A program made the translations under genes and the position numbers. The notes under the pieces are model-generated. The model had not been told where the DNA came from. It saw nothing but the letters and a program-made list of their open reading frames with translations, and made no database searches. Positions 38,131 to 47,300 of a DNA stretch of 64,000 nt are shown in pieces. The DNA lies in contig CAWGHO010000002.1 of the NCBI GenBank assembly GCA_963822445.1, forward strand, positions 1,440,001 through 1,504,000. The letters are read 5' to 3'. The number at the start of each line of letters is the position of its first letter. Position 1 is the stretch's first letter. The DNA comes from an uncultured Acidobacteriota bacterium. Its GTDB lineage: Bacteria; Acidobacteriota; Thermoanaerobaculia; Gp7-AA8.

Positions 38131-39480
38131 CCGCGACAACGTCTTCTCTTTCCCCAACACCACCGCGACGTCGAAGATCGGCGGCGATGCGCCGCGGCCG
38201 GTCAGCGCGAGCCGAAGCGGATGAATGAGCTTCGCCGCCGAGACGCCGCGTGATTCCGCGAGCGCGCGCAGAGCAGCTTCAGTCGTCGTCACATCGAACG
38301 GCTCGGTCTTCGCCAGCGTTTCGTGAAGCTCCGTCAATCGCGCGCCGAGGTCGTCGCCTTTCAGATGTTTCTTCGAGGCATCGGCGTCGTACTCGAAGTC
38401 GTCGCTCAGGAACGGCTCCATCCCCGCGGCAACTTCGCGCAGCGTGCGTCCGCGCGACTTGTTCAACTCGATCACCGCACGCAACTCCTCGAGCGGCCGC
38501 GCGCGGTCGCCGAGAAACGGCATCAGGTGCGGGTAGATCTCATCGGCAGTCATGCGCATCAGGTACTGGCCGTTCATCCACAGAAGCTTCTCTTCGTCGA
38601 AGACCGCCGGCGCTTTGTTCACGTCGCTCAGATCGAAGACCTGCGCGGCTTCGTCGCGGGAGATCAGCTCGCGGTCGCCCCCTGGGTTCCAGCCGAGGAG
38701 GGTGAGGAAGTTGAAGAGGGCGGCGGGGACGATGCCCATGTCCCGGTACTCCTCGGCCGAAGTCGCGCCGCTGCGCTTCGAGAGGCGCTTGCGGTCGCTG
38801 CCGAGGATGAGCGGGAGATGAGCGAAGACGGGGACGGCCGCGTCGAACGCGCGGAAGAGCAGGATGTGCTTCGGCGTGTTCGACAGGTGATCGTCGCCGC
38901 GCGCGACATGGGTGATGGCCATGTCGATGTCATCGACGACGACGGACAGGTGATACGTGGGATTGTTGTCCGAGCGGAGAAGGACGAAGTCGTCGATCAG
39001 TTCCCCTTCGAACCGGACGTCGCCGCGGATCAGATCGTGAAACTCGATCGGCCCGGGTGTGACGAGCATGCGGATCACGTGCGGCGCGTCGAGACGTTCG
39101 CCCGTCGCGCGGCAGCGGCCGGAGTAGCGATAGGCCTCGCCCTTCGCCTCCACCGCCGCCCGCTCGGCCTCGAGCTCCTCGACGGTGCAGTAGCAGCGAT
39201 AGGCCTTGCCCGCGTCGACGAGCTCGTTCGCGCGGGATCGATAGCGGTCGAGACGGTCGCTCTGGTAGACCGGACCTTCATCCCACTCCACGCCGAGCCA
39301 TTGCAGCGACGCGACGATCTGCTCCGCATGATGCTGTTTCGAGCGCTCGACGTCCGTGTCCTCGATGCGCAGCAGCATCGTGCCGCCGTAGTGCCGGGCG
39401 TGCAGCAGGTTGAAGATCGCCGTGCGCGCGCCGCCGACGTGTAGGAATCCGGTAGGGGATGGGGCAAAACGAAGTTTCAT
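38101..39480 (-). CDS. gltX: Glutamate--tRNA ligase
   Basis: RFAPSPTGFLHVGG, LRIEDTD, RGDDH, LSKR, PLRLALTG. Confidence 0.96.
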   Translation of the reverse strand: MKLRFAPSPTGFLHVGGARTAIFNLLHARHYGGTMLLRIEDTDVERSKQHHAEQIVASLQWLGVEWDEGPVYQSDRLDRYRSRANELVDAGKAYRCYCTVEELEAERAAVEAKGEAYRYSGRCRATGERLDAPHVIRMLVTPGPIEFHDLIRGDVRFEGELIDDFVLLRSDNNPTYHLSVVVDDIDMAITHVARGDDHLSNTPKHILLFRAFDAAVPVFAHLPLILGSDRKRLSKRSGATSAEEYRDMGIVPAALFNFLTLLGWNPGGDRELISRDEAAQVFDLSDVNKAPAVFDEEKLLWMNGQYLMRMTADEIYPHLMPFLGDRARPLEELRAVIELNKSRGRTLREVAAGMEPFLSDDFEYDADASKKHLKGDDLGARLTELHETLAKTEPFDVTTTEAALRALAESRGVSAAKLIHPLRLALTGRGASPPIFDVAVVLGKEKTLSRLDRLIRSLQ

Positions 39481-39499
39481 CGTGGGATTTGTAGTCTAT

Positions 39500-39518
39500 C
39501 GCGCGGGATAAACTGCAG
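39500..39518. repeat. Isolated terminus of family A element
   Basis: CGCGCGGGATAAACT(GCAG) matches the element ends at 2061-2075 and 44370-44388. Confidence 0.65.
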
Positions 39519-39520
39519 TG

Positions 39521-39913
39521 ATGCGCCGACAGGATGGCTTCTCGCTCGCCGAGCTGCTCATGGCGATGCTCATCCTGACCATCGTCATCACCACCTCCAT
39601 GGCCGCCTTCCTGGAGCGCAATCGCCGGCAGCAGCAGGCCCGGGAGATCATCGCCGCCTACCAGGCCCTGGCGAACGAGGCCGAGTACTGGCGGCGGATT
39701 CCCTTCAACGACCTCGACAAGCCACAGGAGCACCACTTCCGCAGCGATCTCGCCATCCTCAACTCCCTCGGCACCTACAACACCGTCGTCGCGGTGGCGC
39801 CGGTCGAGCCGACCATCAGAAAAGTGACCCTCACCGTCCGCTGGGCGGAAGGGAAGCGGCAGGCGCGGCTGGGCGTCGTGCGGGTCGACACCGGAGGCTC
39901 GAGCCTGTGGTGA
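39521..39913 (+). CDS. Prepilin-type N-terminal cleavage/methylation protein
   Basis: QDG/FSLAELLMAM class III signal peptide. Confidence 0.85.
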   Translation: MRRQDGFSLAELLMAMLILTIVITTSMAAFLERNRRQQQAREIIAAYQALANEAEYWRRIPFNDLDKPQEHHFRSDLAILNSLGTYNTVVAVAPVEPTIRKVTLTVRWAEGKRQARLGVVRVDTGGSSLW

Positions 39914-40419
39914 GCCGCCGGCGGGAGAAGGGCTACACCCTCGCGGAGATGGTCGTGTCCGTGGCCGTGTTCGGGGTGATCGTGGCCGTCTTCTCGATTC
40001 TCGCGGCGGAGATGCGCGCGCATCAGGCGCGGCTGCCGGTCAACTTCATGCGCCATCCGCAGGTGTCGGCGGTGATCTCGCGCGTGCGGCGCGACGTACA
40101 GGACTCGAAAGGGCACTACGAGAACAACTACGACGGCTACACCGCGGCGGCGGACGTCCTGATCGTGGAGACGCTTCACGAGGTCGGCGGCGTGCGCATG
40201 ATCGTCTGGGATTTTCGCGAGCCCGGTGTCGCGCGGCGGCGGTCGTACAACGTCGGGGTGTTCACTGAGTGGGTCGCGCGCGGATTGCCGGAGTCGGCAT
40301 CGTTCGATGTGAAGGCGGTCGGCTTCCCCGGCAGACCGTGGGGTGTGCGGCTGCGAATTCAAGACGCGGAGGGACGGCTTGCGATCGATCAGATCCTGCA
40401 ACCTCGCGCGCACAAGTAA
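39907..40419 (+). CDS. Prepilin-type N-terminal cleavage/methylation protein
   Basis: EKG/YTLAEMVVSV class III signal peptide. Confidence 0.85.
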   Translation: MVSRRREKGYTLAEMVVSVAVFGVIVAVFSILAAEMRAHQARLPVNFMRHPQVSAVISRVRRDVQDSKGHYENNYDGYTAAADVLIVETLHEVGGVRMIVWDFREPGVARRRSYNVGVFTEWVARGLPESASFDVKAVGFPGRPWGVRLRIQDAEGRLAIDQILQPRAHK

Positions 40420-40822
40420 TCAGCGCGGCTTCGCGTTGCTCTGGGCCATCGGCCTGGCCGTTCTCTTCTTCATGCTCATCGAGCTGATGCTCATCGACTC
40501 CGCGCGCGAGCTGAAGGAAGCGCAGCGATTCCGCTCGCGGATGGTGGCGATGGTGCTGGCGGAGAACGGAGCAGAGCTGGCCGCGTTACGAATCGCCGAC
40601 GCCAACAGGCAGTTTTACGACCCCGATCCGGCCACGGACTGGCAGGGAACGATCGACGGGCGGATGGACAAGAACGAGCAAGCCGGCACATTCGTGATCA
40701 TCGGCAGCGGCGTGACCGCGGGTACGGAACGGACGAAAGCCGAGGTGCGGGTGGAGGGGTATGTCGAAGGGACGGCGCCGGCGGCGAACATCGTAATCTC
40801 GTTCACCAGGCACGCGCCATGA
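40379..40822 (+). CDS. PilX/GspK-like minor pilin (start uncertain)
   Basis: QRG/FALLWAIGL lacking Glu5; LAENGAE motif; GGAGG before TTG. Confidence 0.7.
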   Translation: MRSIRSCNLARTSNQRGFALLWAIGLAVLFFMLIELMLIDSARELKEAQRFRSRMVAMVLAENGAELAALRIADANRQFYDPDPATDWQGTIDGRMDKNEQAGTFVIIGSGVTAGTERTKAEVRVEGYVEGTAPAANIVISFTRHAP

Positions 40823-40845
40823 GGCCGGGCTTTCGCCCGGCCTCA
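40820..40845. terminator. Hairpin between convergent genes
   Basis: TGAGGCCGGGC-TTTC-GCCCGGCCTCA; no clear U-tract. Confidence 0.6.
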
Positions 40846-40852
40846 ATTGTGG

Positions 40853-41146
40853 TTACCGTCCCATGGAGCGTTTGCGCATGAGGCCGGCGCCGATCACGAG
40901 AGCCGCGAGACCGCCCAGCACCATGCCCGGATTGGCGTTGGCCGCCGCGCGGGCCTTCATCACTCCGTTGTTCAGACCGCCGCGAAGGTCGGTGTTCTTC
41001 ATCGAACTACCGATCTTGCTGGGGTCGAGGCCGAGCTTGCCGAGAAGGCCGCCCAGGCCGGTTGATGTTGACGCCTCAGTCTGCGGCGTCGAAGTCTCAG
41101 GTCGATACGGATGGAACTGACTGGTAGGATTCACGTTGTCTACCAT
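40853..41146 (-). CDS. Small tail-anchored hypothetical membrane protein
   Basis: AAGGAG RBS; C-terminal NP..TM..RKR pattern reminiscent of ElaB/YqjD-like proteins. Confidence 0.7.
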   Translation of the reverse strand: MVDNVNPTSQFHPYRPETSTPQTEASTSTGLGGLLGKLGLDPSKIGSSMKNTDLRGGLNNGVMKARAAANANPGMVLGGLAALVIGAGLMRKRSMGR

Positions 41147-41177
41147 CAAATTCTCCTTTCCAAACACTTATTTGTAT

Positions 41178-41193
41178 TGCGAACGAAGTGCCA
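41178..41193 (-). promoter_or_regulatory. Putative sigma54 (-24/-12) promoter
   Basis: Minus strand TGGCACTTCGTTCGCA, GG-N10-GC, correctly placed ahead of the RBS of the 41146 gene. Confidence 0.6.
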
Positions 41194-41234
41194 AAGTCAT
41201 TCAGTATCAAATACTTACAGTTGAGGTGAATCGA

Positions 41235-41423
41235 ATGGGCGGCAATCCCCGCGAGCATGTGAAAGACAAAGGTTTCTGGGACGGCGGCGGCGCCAGTCAC
41301 GGCAAGAACAGCGAGGGCGCTGGCCGGGCCGGAGGCTTCCCGGGAACGCGCAAGCCGAAGCGGACGGGCGTCCGCACGGACCTCGAGTTTCCGGTGGGCG
41401 AGCAAGAGAAAAAGCAGCCCTGA
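41235..41423 (+). CDS. Small Gly/Lys-rich hypothetical protein (62 aa)
   Basis: GAGGTG RBS; fills the gap upstream of the ECF sigma gene. Confidence 0.55.
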   Translation: MGGNPREHVKDKGFWDGGGASHGKNSEGAGRAGGFPGTRKPKRTGVRTDLEFPVGEQEKKQP

Positions 41424-41465
41424 AATCCAAACCCCCGTGCTCCCCGTAGTTTCAGCGCGCACTCA

Positions 41466-42029
41466 ATGAGCTTCGTACCGACCACCGCGCTGTTGCCCGC
41501 CGTCGCGCGAGGCGACGTCTCGGCCTTCGAGGCGCTGTACGACCGCCATGCCTCCACGATCTACGCCCTGCTGCTGCGCATCCTCTGCAACGCCGACGAC
41601 GCGCAGGAGGTCCTGCAGGAGACGTTCGTGAAGGCCTGGTCGAGCGCGAAGATGTTCGACGCGGTCCGTGGAAGCGAGATCGCCTGGCTGATCTCGATCG
41701 CCCGCAGCCGCGGCATCGATCGCCTGCGCTCGCGCAAGATTCGCGGCGAGCGTGAAGACGAAGCCGGCCGGGAGATCTCGATCCGCTCGAGCTTCATCGA
41801 TCGCAACACCGGCGCGGACTTCGCCATCCAGTCGCAGGAGCGGGTCGCCGTTCGCGGCGCGCTTTCCGAGCTGCCTGAAGCGCAGAGGATCGCGCTGGAG
41901 CTCGCGTATTTCGAAGGGCTGTCGCAATCGGAGATCGCCGCGCGCCTCGGCGAGCCGCTCGGAACGATCAAGACCCGCATGCAGCTCGGCATGAAGAAGC
42001 TGAGGGACCGGCTGCAGGCTTTTCAATGA
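41466..42029 (+). CDS. ECF sigma factor (SigK-like)
   Basis: AFEALYDR, AQEVLQETF, AYFEGLSQSEIA..LGTIKTR. Confidence 0.93.
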   Translation: MSFVPTTALLPAVARGDVSAFEALYDRHASTIYALLLRILCNADDAQEVLQETFVKAWSSAKMFDAVRGSEIAWLISIARSRGIDRLRSRKIRGEREDEAGREISIRSSFIDRNTGADFAIQSQERVAVRGALSELPEAQRIALELAYFEGLSQSEIAARLGEPLGTIKTRMQLGMKKLRDRLQAFQ

Positions 42030-42727
42030 CGCACGCAGACTTCGAATCGATCGCGGCGCTGGATGTTCTCGGCGCGGCCACGGCGGGTGAGGCGGGCGCC
42101 CTGCGTACGCACCTTCTGGCGTGCATCCCCTGCCGGCGGGCCCGCGACGAGTATGCCGACGCCACGACTTTCATCGCCCTCGGCCTGGAACCTGTTGCGC
42201 CGCCGCGCGAGTTGCGCGCGCGAGTAGCCAGCGCTGTGGAGCGCGAGGGCAGAAAGAGCGATCGCTGGTGGCTGGCTGTCGCGGCAACCCTGTTTCTTGG
42301 ATTGTGGGGCTGGCGCGAGGCGAGCGTTCGCAAGGAGCTCGATCAGCTCAGATTTCGAAACGAGAAACTGTCGTCCGAGATCGCCGCCATGGCCTCTTCA
42401 GCGCGCACGATCGAGTTGACCGGCCAGGAAGTCGCGCCCACCGCTTCGGCGAAGGTATTCATCCAACCGGATCGCCGCCGCGCGCTGGTGTTCTTCCACG
42501 ACCTGCCCGTCAATGCCGCGGACAAGAGCTACCAGCTCTGGATCATTCGCGGCGATCAGCCCGTGAGTGCCGGAGTGTTCGACGTCGGTGCCGACGGTCG
42601 CGCGTCTCTGTCCGTCGAGAACCTGCCCGTGGACACGGAGATCAAAGGTCTGGCGGTGACGCTCGAGCCGAAGGGCGGCGTGGCGCAGCCGACGAACACG
42701 CGGTTCATCGTGGCGGGGAACACCTAG
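42026..42727 (+). CDS. Anti-sigma factor, RskA family
   Basis: HLLACIPC zinc motif, TM, YQLWII, PVSAGVF, AVTLEP.GG..QPT. Confidence 0.9.
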   Translation: MTHADFESIAALDVLGAATAGEAGALRTHLLACIPCRRARDEYADATTFIALGLEPVAPPRELRARVASAVEREGRKSDRWWLAVAATLFLGLWGWREASVRKELDQLRFRNEKLSSEIAAMASSARTIELTGQEVAPTASAKVFIQPDRRRALVFFHDLPVNAADKSYQLWIIRGDQPVSAGVFDVGADGRASLSVENLPVDTEIKGLAVTLEPKGGVAQPTNTRFIVAGNT

Positions 42728-42791
42728 AACGCACCGACAGGCGATCCGCACGTGCACCGGCGCAGCAACCAGCGCTGCCGGCCGTGCCGGC

Positions 42792-43562
42792 TCACACCCC
42801 GATGATGTTGTAGCCGCAATCCACGTACATGATCTCGCCGGTGATGGCCGAGGACATGTTCGAGCAGAGGAAGAGCGCGGCGTTGCCGATCTCCTCGAGC
42901 TCCACGTTGCGGCGCAGCGGCGCGCGCTCGGCGTGGTGGTGCAGCATGCCCGTGAATCCCTTGATGCCGCGCGCGGCCAGCGTGTTCACCGGGCCGGCGG
43001 AGATCGCGTTCACGCGGATGTTCTTCGGGCCGAGATTCGCGGCGAGATAGCGCACGCTCGCTTCGAGCGACGCCTTGGCCACGCCCATCAGGTTGTAGCC
43101 TTCCACGGCTTTCACCGCGCCGTGGTACGTCAGGGCGAGCACCGATCCGCCGCCGGACTTTTCCAGCAGGGGCATGGCCGCGCGGCTCAGGCCGACCAGC
43201 GAATAGGCAGAGATGTCGTGCGCGAGCTTGAAGCCGTCGCGCGAGGTCTTCACGAACTCGTTCTCGAGATCTTCCTTCGGCGCGAAGGCCACCGAGTGCA
43301 CGAGCGTGTCGAGTCGGCCGAACGTCTCATCGACGCTTTTGAAGACCGCGTCGACTTCCGCGTCATTCGTGACGTCGCACGGGAGAAGGACCGACTCGGG
43401 CAGCGTCGACGAAAGCGCTTCGACGCCTTCCTTCAGACGCTCGCCCTGATACGTGAACGCGAGCCGCATCCCTTCGCGAGACAGCGCCTGAGCGATGGCC
43501 CAGGCGATCGAGCGCTTGTTGGCGACGCCGAAGATGATTCCGGTTTTTCCTTCGAGAAGCAT
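42792..43562 (-). CDS. fabI: Enoyl-ACP reductase
   Basis: GVANKRSIAWAIA, ISAYSL, YNLMGVAKASLE, NAISAGP. Confidence 0.96.
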   Translation of the reverse strand: MLLEGKTGIIFGVANKRSIAWAIAQALSREGMRLAFTYQGERLKEGVEALSSTLPESVLLPCDVTNDAEVDAVFKSVDETFGRLDTLVHSVAFAPKEDLENEFVKTSRDGFKLAHDISAYSLVGLSRAAMPLLEKSGGGSVLALTYHGAVKAVEGYNLMGVAKASLEASVRYLAANLGPKNIRVNAISAGPVNTLAARGIKGFTGMLHHHAERAPLRRNVELEEIGNAALFLCSNMSSAITGEIMYVDCGYNIIGV

Positions 43563-43577
43563 GGGTGAGAGCTTACC

Positions 43578-43892
43578 TCACGTGAACTTGCGGACTTCCG
43601 CGTCCATCCGCCCGGTCAGGATCTTCCAGAGCATCACGTAGTCCGCGGCCAGTGAATAAAAAGGATGGCCGAACGTGGCCGGCTTGTTGTGCTCGACGAA
43701 GAAGTGCGCGTACCAGGCAAAGGAGTAGCCGATGAGCGGCGCGCCGAGGAAGAGCCAGCGGCTGTAGACGATGCCGCCGATGATGCAGAGCAGGGCCAGG
43801 ATCGACCCGATCGCATGCAGCAACCGCGTGCGCGGCCGCGAGTGGGCGCGCACGTAAAAGGGCCAGAACTCCGAAAACGACCGGATCTCCAT
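43578..43892 (-). CDS. DUF962/Mpo1-like membrane protein
   Basis: FWPFY..H..TR.LH..G, AW..HFFVEHNKPATF..P.YS. Confidence 0.88.
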   Translation of the reverse strand: MEIRSFSEFWPFYVRAHSRPRTRLLHAIGSILALLCIIGGIVYSRWLFLGAPLIGYSFAWYAHFFVEHNKPATFGHPFYSLAADYVMLWKILTGRMDAEVRKFT

Positions 43893-43930
43893 GGCGGGCG
43901 GGCGTGATTTTCGCACGACTGCTCATCCCT

Positions 43931-44140
43931 ATGGCTCAGGAATTCGAACAGCTCTTCAAGGACGTCTTCGGCGATCAGGTCGGGAAGCTCACCGCCAAGT
44001 TCGGGGAAATCGCTCGCGAGGCGTTGAAGGACGACTTCACCAAGCTGCACACCGAGATCGCCGAGCTCCGCTCGCGTCTGGCGACGCTGGAGAGGGAGCG
44101 GGCCGAGAAGGCCGCCGATTCGCTGGAAGCGTCGTTCTGA
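43931..44140 (+). CDS. Small coiled-coil hypothetical protein
   Basis: Good codon bias; EIAELRSRLATLE heptads (phasin/BMFP-like). Confidence 0.7.
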   Translation: MAQEFEQLFKDVFGDQVGKLTAKFGEIAREALKDDFTKLHTEIAELRSRLATLERERAEKAADSLEASF

Positions 44141-44147
44141 GAAGCCT

Positions 44148-44388
44148 CTGCAGTTTATCCCGCGCGTAGACGCGGGATCTCTTCGTGCACGAACGTTTCT
44201 CGTGCAACCGGCTTCGCCGTCGCGGTGTAACGGTGAGATTCCGGCGTCTTCGCGGCGGGATAGTTCTGAGTGTTATCCCGCGCGTAGTTGGCGGATGTCT
44301 TCGTGCATGAACGAGTCGCGTGCAACTCGCTTCGACCGTCGCGGTGTAACCGTAGATCCCCGCGTCTTCGCGCGGGGATAAACTGCAG
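44148..44388. repeat. Tandem pair of family A palindromic elements
   Basis: Two ~118-bp diverged units; outer ends CTGCAGTTTATCCC ... GGGATAAACTGCAG; cores inverted relative to 1964-2075. Confidence 0.9.
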
Positions 44389-44389
44389 G

Positions 44390-47300
44390 TCAGAACGCGT
44401 ACCCGAGCGAGATGAAGTAGACGAAAGCGTCCTCGTACCAGCGGCGGTCCAGCGGGAAGCCGACGTCCACGCGCAACGGGCCGACCGGCGAGAGGTAGCG
44501 CACTCCGACGCCCGCGCCATACCGCAGGTTGTTGAAGTCGATCTTCGACTCGGCGAACACGTTTCCGACGTCGCCGAAGACCGCGCCGCCCACCGGCCCG
44601 AAGATCGGGAAGCGGTACTCGGCGTTGAACAGCAGCAGGCCGCTGCCGCCGACCGGGAGGATCGGACCTTCGAACGCGCCGGTCGTCGGGTTGGGACGCT
44701 GGAAGAGCGTCTTCCGGCAGCCGGGCGTTTCCGGGGCGTCCTCCGACTCGCGGCACAAGTCGCCGAGGCGGTCCAGACGGAAGGCGCGATGAGAGTTCTC
44801 GCCGCCGGCGGTGAAGCGTTCCGACAGCGGAACGTTCGTCGCGTCGCCGAGCGATTGAATGAGTCCGATGCGGCTGGAAAGGGCGACGACCGTTCGCGCG
44901 CTCACCGGGATGTACAGCGCCCCCTGCACGTACTCCTTCAGGAAGTTCGCTTCCGCGGAGATGAACGGGAACGCGTACTCGATCGACGCACTGGTGAAGA
45001 AGCCGCGGTGCGGATCGATGATGTCGTCGCGCGTGTCCCAGAAGAACGTCGGGTTGATGCTGGAGATCTGGATGTTCGAAAGAGACCGATCGAATCCTTC
45101 GACCGGCAGGTCCGCTTTAAGCAGCGCGCAGATCGTGCCTTCCTCGCACTTCGAGATCTTGTACTCGTAGCGCAGTGACCAGCGCGTGCGCTCCAGCGCG
45201 ACCTTCGTCGCCTCGATCGAGGTGCCCTGCTGGACGATGTGCATTTCGGGCCGGGTGTTGTCGTCGCTCTGGAAGATCTGCAGCTGCACGGGCACGTTCC
45301 AGCGGCTGATGAACGGCTCGCGATAGGTGATGAAGTACTCCTGCTCTTCGCTGGACAGGACCGCTTCCAGGCCGAGGTAGCGGCCGGTGCCGAAGAGGTT
45401 GCGGTGCGCGGCGGCGATGGCGATGCGCTCGTTGATGTCCATGCCGCCGTCGTCGGAGATCGTCGCGTTTTCCTCCGGCGTCTGATCCTCATCCTCGTCG
45501 GCGGTGAGGCGCGCGTCCTGCGCGCCGCGCTCCACGCGCAAACCGACGGCGCCGGTCAGCGTCAGGTTCTTCCCTTCCTCCACCTGAATGACGATGTCGC
45601 GGTCGCCGACGCTCGTGCCGGCCTGCTCCGGCTGCACTTCGACGCGCTGGAAGATGCCCAGGCGATACAGCTCGCGTTGCGCCTCGAGAACGCGCGTGTA
45701 GGTGAAGGGATCGCCTTTGTCCATCTCCACGCGGCGCAACACGACGTCGCGGTCGGTGTAGGTGTTGCCGCGGACGATGACCTCGTCGATCGCGACGCGC
45801 GGACCTTCTGCGACGGTGTACGTCACGCTGGCCTTGGTCTTGTCCTCGCTGATCTCGACGCGCGGCGCGACCTGCACCTCGACGTGACCGCGGTCCGCGT
45901 AGAACGACTGCAGGGCGACGATGTCTTCGCGCGCGAGCTGCGGATTCAGCGGGTCACCGGGTTTCAGCTGCGTCTCGGGAAGATCGTTCGCCGCCACTTC
46001 CTGATTGCCTTCGATCTTCACCTCGGTCACCAGCGTCTGCGGCCCTTCGGTGATGGGGAAGGTGACCCTCATCGTTCCGGTCGCGTCATTCGCGTTCACC
46101 ACCGGCTGCGCGGCCGTCGCCTCGGAAAATCCCTGAAGCCGGTAGAACGACTCGATCGCGTCGCGGTCATCGCCGAGCTGTTCGCGGGTCACGCCGGTCG
46201 GTCTGCGGAACAGCGTCGCCAGCGCGCGCTTGAATCCGCCGCGCGACGAGGTCTGCACGACTTTGTGCAGCTCGTCTTCATCCATCTGATCGTTCCCGAT
46301 GAACTCGACCTCGGAAAGGGTGAAGCGCTTGCCCGGGTCGACGATGAAGGTCGTCGTCCACACGTTGTTATCGAGCTTGCTTTCCGTGTCGACGGTTGCG
46401 TTGTAATGGCCACGCTCCTGCAGGCCGGTGACGATCTGGTCCGCCGCGCGGTCGACGGCATCTTCGCTGTATTCGTCGTTGCGTCCGCGGAACGGCAGCC
46501 AGCGCCGCACGGAGCTCTGCGGAACGCCCTGCACCGCGACCTGCACCGTTGGTCCAACGACGACGCGGTACCGCAGCGTCACCGCGTGCGTTTCGGGATC
46601 GTATTCGTGGCCGAGGTAGTCGACGTCGGCGCGGCGGTGGCGGCGGCGGACGAGGAAGCTCTGGATCCGTTTCGCGTCTTCGCGTGCTTCGAGCGCGTCG
46701 AACGTGCGGCCGGCATCGCGTTTCATCGGTTCGATCAACTGCTCGGTCGTGAACGGCGCGACATCTCCTTCGAGAACCACGTTGCGGATGACGGCCTGCG
46801 GTCCCGGCGTGATGTCGAACCTGACGTCGGCGATGCTCCGCGCGCGGTCGAAGTCCGTTTGCGGATCGACGGTCGCTTCGAGGTACCCGCTGCGATTCAT
46901 CGCTTCTTCGATCGCGGCCGCGCTGTCGTCGACATCGTTGAGGGAGTGGATCTCGCCCACGCGCACGGTCAGCTCGCGCTCCGCGCGATTACGCTCGCGC
47001 CCTGACACGCCGGCGAGCTCGATGTCGCCGACGCGGTAATGCAACAGGAGCGAGAACGTCAGCACGATGCCTTCCGCGGTGCGCTGCGAATCGACGCGGA
47101 TGTCGCGGAAGTTCCCGGTGGCAAAGAGATTCTTGATGGATGACTGCAGGTCGCGGATGGTGACCGGTTGCCCGGGCTTGAGCGTCACGTCATCTGCAAC
47201 GGCGGTGGTGTCGAAGCGCGCGTCCGCGCGGAAGTTGATCTGGGAGATGACCGCGCCATCCGCCGCGGCGAGGTTGACGGCGGTGACTGGGGGCGCAGGC

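Noticed and set aside
42728-42791. GC-rich spacer with GCACC/GCCGG motifs between rskA and fabI
   Set aside because: Too degenerate to call a repeat or terminator; no second copy recognised.
44148-44388. Possible CRISPR array (TTTATCCCGCGC resembles type I-E repeats)
   Set aside because: The motifs are inverted ends of palindromic units, the intervening sequences are homologous rather than unique spacers, and no cas genes are present.
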